From the NCBI GenBank assembly GCA_963716145.1, contig OY970292.1, positions 901,404 to 965,403 of the forward strand: DNA of 64,000 nucleotides, in the 5' to 3' direction. Position 1 is the stretch's first letter, and every line of letters starts with the position of its first letter. The notes beneath the pieces were generated by a model that had not been told where the DNA came from, searched no databases, and saw nothing but the letters and a program-made list of their open reading frames with translations. Both the position numbers and the translations under genes were made by a program. The DNA comes from Candidatus Levyibacteriota bacterium (lineage in GTDB: Bacteria; Patescibacteriota; Microgenomatia; Levybacterales; UBA12049). Positions 55,570-64,000 of the stretch are shown here, piece after piece.

Positions 55570-56570
55570 TCATGTTCTTTGATTTCCTCGGCTAGTTCTT
55601 TTTTAATTTTTCCGCTGATTGATCTTGCTGAGATAAGTTTTTGACCCATGCCGGTAAAGCCTTTGTTAACGTTCATATATGTGTTTGAACTGTTCCCGAT
55701 ATGTTTACCCAAGAGATCAAGAGATTCATTCACTTTCTCATAATCTATTTGAAGTGCTCTCAAAAGTCTGAAAACCTCCCGGGATTCTGTTTCTATTTTT
55801 TTGCCCTCAAATGAAAGCAGAATTGTCTGTAAATGCGCATATAGTGTACTAGGTGAGACAATATATATTCTTCTATTTTTTGCATATTCCAGAAGAGACT
55901 CCATATTTACTAGTTCATAAAACACTGATTCACTGGGGACATACATCAAAGCGAAATCCATGGTTCCTTCATCCGGCAGAATGTATTTCTTGGCAATTGA
56001 TTCAATATGTTTTTTGATGTCCTTTTCAAATTCGCGTCTATTTAGTTTCACATCCTCTTCGGTTTTGGATTTTGCTAATTTCTGAAAATTCTCCATTGGA
56101 AATTTAGCATCAATCGGCAAAATCCCCGCATCAGTCTGAATTGCGGCGTCGACTTTCTCGCCTGACAGAAATGCATACTGCAAATGAAAACTATTTTTGG
56201 GGAAAATCTGGGTGATTAAATCTTTGAGGACTTGCTCGCCTATATTCCCGCGGAGCTTGGGGCTTTTTAGAAAGTCTTGAAGTTCCTTCATGCTCCTGCC
56301 AATTTCACTCATTTGTCCGACTTCATGCCCAACATCGCGGATTACAGAGGCTGCCTTATCCAATCTGTCATTTAATTGTTTGGAGTTTTCCTGAAGAGTT
56401 CGAGTTGTGCTTTCTGAATTTTTATCAATTGATGTCTGCATAGACTTTAGCCATTCAAGTAGCGCTTGATTAGGATCCTGCTTTTTGAGATCTGAGAGTT
56501 TTTGGTTAAGAAACCAAATTATTATAATAAACCCAAGTATAATTGCTCCTAGAAAAATTAGTGGATGCAC
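55566..56570 (-). CDS. rmuC: DNA recombination protein RmuC
   Basis: KLRGNIGEQ, PIDAKFP, IAKKYI, DFALMYVPSE, SPSTL. Confidence 0.92.
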   Translation of the reverse strand: MHPLIFLGAIILGFIIIIWFLNQKLSDLKKQDPNQALLEWLKSMQTSIDKNSESTTRTLQENSKQLNDRLDKAASVIRDVGHEVGQMSEIGRSMKELQDFLKSPKLRGNIGEQVLKDLITQIFPKNSFHLQYAFLSGEKVDAAIQTDAGILPIDAKFPMENFQKLAKSKTEEDVKLNRREFEKDIKKHIESIAKKYILPDEGTMDFALMYVPSESVFYELVNMESLLEYAKNRRIYIVSPSTLYAHLQTILLSFEGKKIETESREVFRLLRALQIDYEKVNESLDLLGKHIGNSSNTYMNVNKGFTGMGQKLISARSISGKIKKELAEEIKEHD

Positions 56571-56638
56571 ATTTATATTGTATCATGACAAGTAAAGATC
56601 CATTGTTAAAATTATGATTGCTTGATAGAATAATATAA

Positions 56639-57034
56639 ATGAGCGGTGAGAAAGTATTATTGGTTGAAGATGATCTTTTTTTGCAGAAATTATTTTCTAT
56701 TGTTTTGCAGAAAGCTGGATATAACGTACTTGTCGCATCTGATGGAGAAGAAGGGGTGCGTCTTGCTCAAGACAATCCTGACGCTAAACTGATGCTGCTT
56801 GATGTTATGATGCCAAAAATGACAGGACTTGAAGCTTTGAAGCATTTGAAATCAGATCCCTCAACATCACAAATTCCGATAGTACTCTCTACAAATCTCA
56901 CTGATGAAGGAGTTGAGGAGGAGGCAAATAAACTAGGCGTTTATGGATACATTGTTAAGTCACAATATGATCCAGCTCAATTGGCTGATAAAGTGAAAGA
57001 AATTATTAAAAATATAACTCAGGGTCAGCAGTGA
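56639..57034 (+). CDS. Single-domain response regulator
   Basis: VLLVEDD, LLDVMMPKMTG, YIVK. Confidence 0.92.
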   Translation: MSGEKVLLVEDDLFLQKLFSIVLQKAGYNVLVASDGEEGVRLAQDNPDAKLMLLDVMMPKMTGLEALKHLKSDPSTSQIPIVLSTNLTDEGVEEEANKLGVYGYIVKSQYDPAQLADKVKEIIKNITQGQQ

Positions 57035-58058
57035 TTTTGCTCCAAGACACAGGGTTGTAATTATAAAAACCAGCTGCTGCTATCATTGCCGCATTATCAG
57101 TACACAATTTTTTTTCCGGCGAAAAAAAATTAACTGAGAACTTAGAACATTGAACTAAGAACTGGTCACGAAGTGATTGATTTGCTGCCACTCCACCAGA
57201 AATAAGAATTGATTTTACATTGTACTTTAATGCTGCCTTCAAAGTTTTTTTGACCAAGACATCAACGATCGCATCTTGTGCGGCCCATGCGATGTCGCTT
57301 ACAGTCTGTGAGTCCAGATTTTTGATCGATTGGGTTTCACGAAGAACAGCGGTTTTAAGTCCTGAAAAAGAAAAATCAAAATTTGTAGAGCCGATCATCG
57401 GGCGGGGGAAATGAAATCTTTTTGGATTGCCTTTTTTTGCTTCATTCTCAATTGCCGGACCGCCCGGGTAGGGAAGACCAAGTAAACGAGCGATTTTATC
57501 AAATGCCTCACCGGCCGCATCATCCCGTGTGCCGCCGAGTAGCTTAAATTTCCCGTGAGCTGTCATTAGTAATAAATCAGTATGTCCACCGGAGACAACA
57601 AGAGCGATAGCGGGCAATGCTATATCGGCGTATTGCTTATGGCTTATCGCATATGGTTTTCCTATTTGCTCTTTGCTCTCTGCTATTAGCCAGTTTGCGT
57701 ATATGTGGCCGACCATGTGGTTTATCGGTATAAGTGGTATGTTATAAACTAAAGAAATTGTTTTGGCTGTTTCTACACCAACCAGAAGTGAACCGATCAG
57801 ACCGGTTCCGTAAGTAAGTGCTATTGCGTCAAGTTTTGAAAAATCTATTCCGGCATTTTTTAACGCTTCTTCAATGACAGGTAAGATAAATTTGATCTGT
57901 TCCCGTGCCGCGTTCTCAGGAATTATACCACCCGTTTTTGCGTGAAGCTCCATAGATGTTGCTGTGATATTTGATTTAAGTATGACTTTATTTTTTATTC
58001 CTTCTATAACTGCAGCAGAAGTTTCATCGCAGCTTGTTTCTATTCCAAGGATTATCAT
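57006..58058 (-). CDS. tsaD: tRNA threonylcarbamoyltransferase TsaD
   Basis: LGIETSCDET, HMVGH, VSGGHT, DDAAGEAFDK, FSFSGLKT, CTDNAAMI. Confidence 0.96.
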   Translation of the reverse strand: MIILGIETSCDETSAAVIEGIKNKVILKSNITATSMELHAKTGGIIPENAAREQIKFILPVIEEALKNAGIDFSKLDAIALTYGTGLIGSLLVGVETAKTISLVYNIPLIPINHMVGHIYANWLIAESKEQIGKPYAISHKQYADIALPAIALVVSGGHTDLLLMTAHGKFKLLGGTRDDAAGEAFDKIARLLGLPYPGGPAIENEAKKGNPKRFHFPRPMIGSTNFDFSFSGLKTAVLRETQSIKNLDSQTVSDIAWAAQDAIVDVLVKKTLKAALKYNVKSILISGGVAANQSLRDQFLVQCSKFSVNFFSPEKKLCTDNAAMIAAAGFYNYNPVSWSKITADPELYF

Positions 58059-58075
58059 GAGGCAATTATAGCCGA

Positions 58076-58648
58076 TCAGCGGGACATTCTCAAAATCTCT
58101 TGCGAGACATCTGGTAGTGAAGTAACACTTAGTGCTTCATTTATTGGACCTGAAAAATGTCCCATTTTGTTTTTGACAATAAGTTTTGCGCCTAGTTTAT
58201 CTTTCAAGATATCCCCAAATTGTAATGGTACGTTTGGATCGTTATCCGAGTGGATAGCAACAAAGTACTTTGATTTATTTTTTATTTTCTCAAAATCAAT
58301 TGGTTTATCAAAGAAATTTTCCAATTCTTCATATCCTTCTCCAAGGCTTTCCGTAAAACCTGCCACCAATACAACTCCGCCGATCTTTGTATTTTCATCT
58401 GATTGTTCCAAATATTTTAAAATCGCTATACATCCAGCACTGTGTCCAATTAGGAATAAATCTTCATTGGGTCTATCAGCTACTTGTTGAAGTTCACTAA
58501 GCCAAAGAGAAATTTCGGGGAAATGGGTATTTGGCATTTCAGGAACTATAACTTTAAATCCTTTATCTTCAAGTTCTTTTTTGGTTTGGGGATACCAGCA
58601 GTATTTAGGAGAGCCACCCCAGCAATGTACTATGATCACTCTTTTCAC
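58076..58648 (-). CDS. RBBP9/YdeN alpha/beta hydrolase
   Basis: VHCWGG, WYP, GHSAG, HSDNDP, GHF. Confidence 0.9.
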   Translation of the reverse strand: MKRVIIVHCWGGSPKYCWYPQTKKELEDKGFKVIVPEMPNTHFPEISLWLSELQQVADRPNEDLFLIGHSAGCIAILKYLEQSDENTKIGGVVLVAGFTESLGEGYEELENFFDKPIDFEKIKNKSKYFVAIHSDNDPNVPLQFGDILKDKLGAKLIVKNKMGHFSGPINEALSVTSLPDVSQEILRMSR

Positions 58649-58650
58649 TT

Positions 58651-59133
58651 TTACTTCAATTTTATTTCTACACTGTCTCCTTTTTTGATATCGTATTTTT
58701 TTGAAAGTCCGGAATTAATTTCCAACACTTTATTTACCGGTCCCGCTGGTTTTATAATCGGAGGATTTGTATCGCCAGTTGCGGGTGGTTTGGCGTTCTC
58801 TCCAACAGATATAACCTTGTCATCTTTAAGGAAAATAATATCAATAGGGAATTTCATATTCTTCATCCAGAAGTTGTAGTAATCAGGTTTATCAAAAATA
58901 AAAAGCATTCCTTCATCTTCTGCAAGTTTTTCCCGTCCGGATAATCCCGCCTGCTGTTCTTTCGGAGTTTGAGCCAGTTCTACTTTAAATGTGTGATTAT
59001 TAATTTTAACAGTAGTTGAGGAATTTTTGAGTGATGATTTTTCCGCAGGTTTTGAGTTAAATTGGAAAAAAACAACTCCCGCGAAAATAACCAAAATAAT
59101 TCCAAAAATTACGATAAGTTTATTCATACTCAT
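58651..59133 (-). CDS. DUF192 family protein
   Basis: VELA.TP..Q..GLSGR, GMLFIF, FWMKNMKFPIDIIF, VLEINSG. Confidence 0.92.
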   Translation of the reverse strand: MSMNKLIVIFGIILVIFAGVVFFQFNSKPAEKSSLKNSSTTVKINNHTFKVELAQTPKEQQAGLSGREKLAEDEGMLFIFDKPDYYNFWMKNMKFPIDIIFLKDDKVISVGENAKPPATGDTNPPIIKPAGPVNKVLEINSGLSKKYDIKKGDSVEIKLK

Positions 59134-59611
59134 ATTTCTTTTAATATATTAACTAATCTGCTTGTCGATTGATTACTTACTTCCTCAGTAACTTCAACAA
59201 CTTTTGCTCCGATTAGGCCAGCCTGGCGGTCTTTATGAATTTTACTGGAATCTCCTTTTGTAGTTGCGATTATAGCAGGTTTTAGCAAAATTACCAGTCC
59301 GTCGTAGTCTTTGTCGTTTTTAAGGGTAGGTAGGGGAATAATGTAGTCTACCATAGACAGGTTTGCAAGGATTTTTGCCCGGTCAGGCTGAGTATTTATC
59401 GGGCGGTGGGGCCTTTAATTTTTTTGATATTTTCGTCTGATTCCAAAAATACAAAAAGCACATCGCCATGCTTTTTGGCATTGGCAAGATACTCAATATG
59501 CCCGATGTGAAGAATATCAAAGCAACCTCCGGCAAGTGCAATGGTTTTACCCTCGTTCCTTATTTTTTCACTTAATTTAATTGCTTGCTCAGTTGAAATA
59601 ATTTTATTCAT
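59130..59611 (-). CDS. HIGH-family nucleotidyltransferase (RfaE C-terminal / cytidylyltransferase-like); one base missing at the G run 59408-59411
   Basis: GGCFDILHIGHIEYL; adding one C gives KGPHRPINTQPDRAKILANLSMVDY, then LKP..TKGD, STSRL. Confidence 0.82.
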
Positions 59612-59615
59612 AAAT

Positions 59616-60443
59616 TTATAAAGTTGTGATTGGCCTACTTTGGACAATGTAAAATTTGTTTTTTTCAAATGCCCATTCAATGTCGCAGGGAAATCCATAG
59701 TGATTTTCTATTTTAATTCCCAGCTCTGATAGTTCTTTTATTTGTTTTTCGTCCAAAGTAAATTTTCGTTTTAAATCAGAGGAAACGGGGAGTTCTTCAT
59801 TTTCCCCATCTTTGTATACATACATTTTTTCTTTACTGCCAAGGTCTTTACCTTTAATTTCAAGATTATTTTTATCAACCAGATAGTTATCCGGTGTAAT
59901 AATTCCCTGGACAATATATTCTCCCAATCCATATCCTGCTTCAATCATAAGCTCACTTAGAGCACCTGTTACCGGATTGACAGTGAACATGACTCCCGAA
60001 ATTTCACTGTCGACCATTTTTTGAACAACAACAGCGACAGCAAGTTGATCTTTTTTTACATTTTTATCTTTGGCGTATGATTTGGCGCGGGATGTTTCAA
60101 TTGATTCAAAACATAGTTTTATGTTTTCCAGTAAATTTTCTTTTGTGATATTTAAATAACTTTCCAGTTGTCCGGCCCAAGAAGCATTTGATGAATCTTC
60201 GGCAACTGCTGATGAACGGACAGCAACCCTTTCGGTTTTTAAATCATCAAATGCGGCAAAAAGTTCCTGTTTAAATTCTTCGGAAAATGGTTGGTTACTA
60301 AATTCTTTAAACCCAGTTGTGGTTACTACAAATCCAGGTGGAACGGGAAGCCCTGCGCTAGTCATTTCGCCAAGTGATGCACCTTTTCCGCCGGCAATTT
60401 TGGTATCATGTTTGGAAATTTCCTCAAAAAATTTAATATACAT
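59616..60443 (-). CDS. Stand-alone PPDK/PEP-synthase N-terminal ATP-grasp domain
   Basis: GGKGASLGE, VPPGFV, VAVRSSA, ED...SWAGQ, SGVMFT, GLGE, DIEWA, QSRPITTL then stop. Confidence 0.9.
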   Translation of the reverse strand: MYIKFFEEISKHDTKIAGGKGASLGEMTSAGLPVPPGFVVTTTGFKEFSNQPFSEEFKQELFAAFDDLKTERVAVRSSAVAEDSSNASWAGQLESYLNITKENLLENIKLCFESIETSRAKSYAKDKNVKKDQLAVAVVVQKMVDSEISGVMFTVNPVTGALSELMIEAGYGLGEYIVQGIITPDNYLVDKNNLEIKGKDLGSKEKMYVYKDGENEELPVSSDLKRKFTLDEKQIKELSELGIKIENHYGFPCDIEWAFEKNKFYIVQSRPITTL

Positions 60444-61879
60444 TAGCTCAATTTCTTTACAGTACCTTTATCAGCATCTACTTCAACTAAATCTCCGTCT
60501 TTCAAAATTTTTGTCGCGATTTTGGTGCCGACAATGCATGGAATACCGTACTCTCTTGATACAATTGCCGCATGTGAGGTAATTCCTCCTTCGTTTGTAA
60601 CTATTGCAGCGGAAATCCGCATAGCTGATACATAATCGGGGTGTGTTGTAACGGCCACCAATATATTCCCCTTTTTAACTTTTTTTAAATCTTTAATTCC
60701 TTTAACTATCGCGACAGTTCCACTGGCTTTACCTTTTGATGCTGTCCTACCCCTGATTTCCTGTAAAACTTCCTCTTGTGGCAGTAAATTAAAAGCCTTT
60801 AGAGCTGTTTGGATATTATCTCCCTCCAAACACACCAATTCATTATTTTTGTCCAAATACAGCACAAAACCTTTTTTTCGTTGTTGGATAATAGGTTTAG
60901 AAATAGTTTTTTTGCCAGATAAAAAATCATCCATCTCAGATTCTTGTAAAAAACTCAAGTCAACTATTGAAATATTCATTCTTTTTGCAATTTCTTTATA
61001 TAAAGCGCCAGCGTAATATACACTTTCACGTCTGAAATCATCCCGTGCATCTTTAATATAAACAAATCTTTTTGCCATTTTCAGATATTCTAAATCGCTT
61101 GAAGATGGTTTTAGTCCTGTGATTAATCTCTCAAATGATAGACCCCCCCCAATAGATTTTTTTGTAAATGATTTTATGTGTTTTTTGAATTCATTTTTTG
61201 TCCAAGGTTTGTTTTGAATATCTAGGCAAGAAAGCCATTTGAACTGTTCATACAAATTGTCAAATTCTTCAACGGTTAAATTGCCTTTGTGTTTTTCGAC
61301 TATATTCTGAAGTTTTAGAACCGCAGCCAATTTTTCAGGTTTAAATAGTGAGTCAATAAATTGCTGTCTATTACTTTCCTTCTTATGTTTCTTAATATAA
61401 TTATCCAAAATTTCAGTTCCGTGGTCTGCGACAAAATTGTTTAAAATAAATGCTGACCACACAAATACTGAATAACGATTTCTAAAATCTTGATATTTAG
61501 CGAAGACAGAAAGCAGCTCTAGGTTTGTTACTTTCTCATAATCTAGTTTTGAAATTTCTTTGGCACAACTCAAATAATTATTTCCATCAATTAAAAATTG
61601 TTTTTCATATTTTGTTAATTGTTCTGCGTCTACTGCATATTTTTTATTCAATCCTTCAACAAGCGCATTCCAGGAAGCGCTATCAATAAAGAAAGAAGAA
61701 TTATCTCCTTCTCCAGGAATGACAACTTGAGATGCAGAAGTAACGGGAAAATGATAGCCGGCAAATTCTAAAATTGCAATGGCAAAGCCATAATACTGTA
61801 TGCTATATTCACGATCCAAGATTTTTATCCATGATATTTTGCCTAAGTCTTTTTTGAAAATAGGATCAGGTATATTCAT
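60443..61879 (-). CDS. Helical domain plus PEP-utilising phospho-His swivel domain
   Basis: C-terminal GRTASKG, ILVAVTT, AIVTNEGGITSHAAIVSREYGIPCIVG. Confidence 0.85.
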   Translation of the reverse strand: MNIPDPIFKKDLGKISWIKILDREYSIQYYGFAIAILEFAGYHFPVTSASQVVIPGEGDNSSFFIDSASWNALVEGLNKKYAVDAEQLTKYEKQFLIDGNNYLSCAKEISKLDYEKVTNLELLSVFAKYQDFRNRYSVFVWSAFILNNFVADHGTEILDNYIKKHKKESNRQQFIDSLFKPEKLAAVLKLQNIVEKHKGNLTVEEFDNLYEQFKWLSCLDIQNKPWTKNEFKKHIKSFTKKSIGGGLSFERLITGLKPSSSDLEYLKMAKRFVYIKDARDDFRRESVYYAGALYKEIAKRMNISIVDLSFLQESEMDDFLSGKKTISKPIIQQRKKGFVLYLDKNNELVCLEGDNIQTALKAFNLLPQEEVLQEIRGRTASKGKASGTVAIVKGIKDLKKVKKGNILVAVTTHPDYVSAMRISAAIVTNEGGITSHAAIVSREYGIPCIVGTKIATKILKDGDLVEVDADKGTVKKLS

Positions 61880-62452
61880 TTAGCTAAAAATAGGTTCTGG
61901 GGGCAAGTTCAACTCTTTTCTTACAGTTTTTATTCTTTTTACATATTCTTTGAAAATTTCTGCTGGTTTATGGATTCTATAGAATCCTTCTGCATTTTTA
62001 TAAAATGAGCAGTCGAAAACATCAACATCCTTAACAAGTTCAACGTATGGATTACCGGAATGGACTTCTTTTTCACTATGGTGAGCGACAGCATCCGTTA
62101 TTGTTTTTATATCGTTATCAGAAAATCCTCCAACTTCTCGTAAAATCTTTTCAGCAATGGGAGTACCCATTTTTGCATGGTCTTTATATTTTCCTTCTAC
62201 AACTACATAAATATCGTGTAACACCGAAGCAACGGTCGCTATATCAGTATCAAGATTTCTTTTTTGAGCTAAGATTTTGGCGATCTGACAACAATCAGAG
62301 GAATGTTTCAACTCAAATACCACTGAACTTTCTCTTTCAGCATCTGATAAAGGGGAATTCAACAGCATCTCTACTACTTTCCTTTCCACCTTCTCAGCAG
62401 GAGAAAGGTCATCTCCTTTATAATGATGGTAGTCTTTTAGTTGTGATTGCAT
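61880..62452 (-). CDS. HD-domain protein
   Basis: LKHS...VLHDI...DHA...AHHS...KDVD. Confidence 0.85.
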   Translation of the reverse strand: MQSQLKDYHHYKGDDLSPAEKVERKVVEMLLNSPLSDAERESSVVFELKHSSDCCQIAKILAQKRNLDTDIATVASVLHDIYVVVEGKYKDHAKMGTPIAEKILREVGGFSDNDIKTITDAVAHHSEKEVHSGNPYVELVKDVDVFDCSFYKNAEGFYRIHKPAEIFKEYVKRIKTVRKELNLPPEPIFS

Positions 62453-62497
62453 AATTTTAGACTGAGCGTTTGTAGTATATCAGATGACGATTGGAAG

Positions 62498-63844
62498 TTA
62501 AATATTAAGAAGCTGCCACTCTCCCGATGTGCTATTTAGTTCGATTTTGGCTCCATTTTTTATCGACGCTGCATTGTTATCAATAATCGCGGGAATTCCA
62601 AATTCGCGCGCGACAATTGCTCCATGCGATGTTTGTCCGCCCTTTAAAAATATAAGCCCTTCGCATTTTGGATATTGAGGGGCAAATTCGGGACTGGCAT
62701 TTGGAAAAATACCAACAGTTCCTTTTGGAATATTTAGATCATTGTTAATAACGTGCAGAGCAGTTCCGGTAACTTTTCCCTGTGAAACCAGCATACCCTT
62801 GCCCGAGTTTGGGTTTAAAGTGTTTGTCAATTTTTTTGTACGTACCTCAGTTTTTTTATTTTTAAAACTCTTTGAAATATTTTTTTTGATAAGTTCTTTT
62901 CTGGTAATACTACTTATTCCTGAAACACTTTTTGTTTTTTGCAAAATTTTATTTCTCAACAGATCAATAAATAAAAGGGTTTTTTGTTTGGCAAGAGATC
63001 TAACTAGCTGTAGCTGAATTGAAGTATCAATTAAATGACTATTTTTTTTATCTATATCAATTGATATATTTTGCGGAATTATATTTTCAAATGATTCAAT
63101 TCTATTTTTGATAACATCCGGAATTTCGTGCCAGCGCGGAGCAGTGAGTTCATAATCCTTATCAGCTCTAAGTCCATATAGCTCGAGATATTTAGAAAAA
63201 GATATTTCGTTCCGTTTTACTTTTTGCTGATCCGCAAATGAACTAAAAAACCAGTCCTTCTGCCCAACCCTAGCGCTTATAAAGGTATTGATTATAGCAG
63301 CATTTTCGCCTGATTCTTTTATGACAAGCTGACTATAAAATTCAGAAACTAAGCCAACTGCAATAACGACCGGCCAGATTTTATCTCCCAATAAATTATC
63401 AATATTTTCAATATCCATATCCTCTGTTTTGGCAGGGATAGTTTCAGTTAGCTTTTTTGCAAGATCAACTATTTCCTGTGGTTGGGAAATCCATTTTGAT
63501 TGAACAAAGATAGTCTTTGAAGTATTTAATATGCATGTGGGATTTATTATTTTTTTTAAATCAATGGTAAGTTGGGGGGATTGATGAATATCTTTTTGCA
63601 ATTTATAGTGGAATACTGTTTTTTTGTACAGCGTTTGTTCCTCTATTTTAAGATTAACTAATAGCTCTCCGTTAATAAACTCAAGAATTGGAGTTTGGTT
63701 CTCTTCGAAAGGTAAGCCTAAAAGTTTCATTGCTTTACCAACACTGCCTTTTCCTGTAAACCAGCTTTTGAGGAAAGAATAAGTAAGCGGAGTCGGGTTA
63801 TTTACCAATTCCGCAAACCCCCCTGAATAATAATTGTGGTCCAT
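62498..63844 (-). CDS. Rifampicin-phosphotransferase-like substrate domain plus phospho-His swivel domain
   Basis: FAEL..NPTPLTYS; YLELYGLR...DYELTAPRWHEIP; GGQTSHGAIVAREFGIPAI. Confidence 0.8.
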   Translation of the reverse strand: MDHNYYSGGFAELVNNPTPLTYSFLKSWFTGKGSVGKAMKLLGLPFEENQTPILEFINGELLVNLKIEEQTLYKKTVFHYKLQKDIHQSPQLTIDLKKIINPTCILNTSKTIFVQSKWISQPQEIVDLAKKLTETIPAKTEDMDIENIDNLLGDKIWPVVIAVGLVSEFYSQLVIKESGENAAIINTFISARVGQKDWFFSSFADQQKVKRNEISFSKYLELYGLRADKDYELTAPRWHEIPDVIKNRIESFENIIPQNISIDIDKKNSHLIDTSIQLQLVRSLAKQKTLLFIDLLRNKILQKTKSVSGISSITRKELIKKNISKSFKNKKTEVRTKKLTNTLNPNSGKGMLVSQGKVTGTALHVINNDLNIPKGTVGIFPNASPEFAPQYPKCEGLIFLKGGQTSHGAIVAREFGIPAIIDNNAASIKNGAKIELNSTSGEWQLLNI

Positions 63845-63884
63845 ACTATTTTTTATATTTGTTTTTATCTATACTCTATTATAG

Positions 63885-64000
63885 ATGAAATTAGTCTTAG
63901 CGTTATTAATAGGTGCATTTTTATTTGCATTTGCTCCGTCAAAAGCTCATGCGATAATATTTCTTCCGGCAACTATTTTAATACCAATTGCCAAGATAGT
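63885..64000 (+). CDS. Secreted/membrane protein, 3'-partial
   Basis: MKLVLALLIGAFLFAFAPSKAHA signal-peptide-like start, open to the window end. Confidence 0.5.
   Translation, partial: MKLVLALLIGAFLFAFAPSKAHAIIFLPATILIPIAKI

Noticed and set aside
3899-57692. CRISPR array
   Set aside because: Repeats are 7-9-nt tandem units without unique spacers; no cas genes.
59616-61879. Frameshifted ppsA
   Set aside because: The ATP-grasp ORF ends cleanly at RPITTL, domain order is reversed, and there is no pyruvate-binding barrel.
1-64000. UGA-to-Gly recoding (code 25)
   Set aside because: Conserved genes end at TGA (nrdR, murD, Fic, tsaD context) and long ORFs are intact under code 11.

Overview
Chromosomal segment of a low-GC (AT-rich), code-11 bacterium whose gene content fits a Patescibacteria/CPR organism, most likely Microgenomates (inference): archaeal-type Cmk/PyrH, ATP-dependent DNA ligase, CPR-type VirD4-like ATPase, cohesin and DUF5667 proteins, tRNAs without CCA. 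Most genes are housekeeping (gapA, nrdR-nrdJ, murI/murD, ftsH, mutM, recF, uvrD, tpiA, recA/recX, fumC, rny, HU, rmuC, tsaD), with four tRNAs and RNase P RNA. Main points of interest: (1) a cobalamin-riboswitch-controlled operon right after the B12-dependent nrdJ, encoding what looks like a split transcobalamin-like B12 trap (DUF4430 beta domain plus alpha/alpha-barrel protein), a CbrT-like DUF6580 membrane protein with no adjacent ECF module, and PduO. (2) Two Avd-like four-helix-bundle genes, each bracketed by its own direct and inverted 8-mer arrays and followed by a tRNA; similar 7-9-nt arrays are scattered through the window and occur in frame inside about ten conserved proteins. (3) A Val-like tRNA with a UAU (Ile) anticodon, and an initiator tRNA lacking the 3 G-C pairs. 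(4) A split rifampicin-phosphotransferase-like dikinase cluster. (5) Many apparently leaderless genes. Four single-base frameshifts are most likely assembly errors. All family assignments are by eye from motifs; no searches were run.
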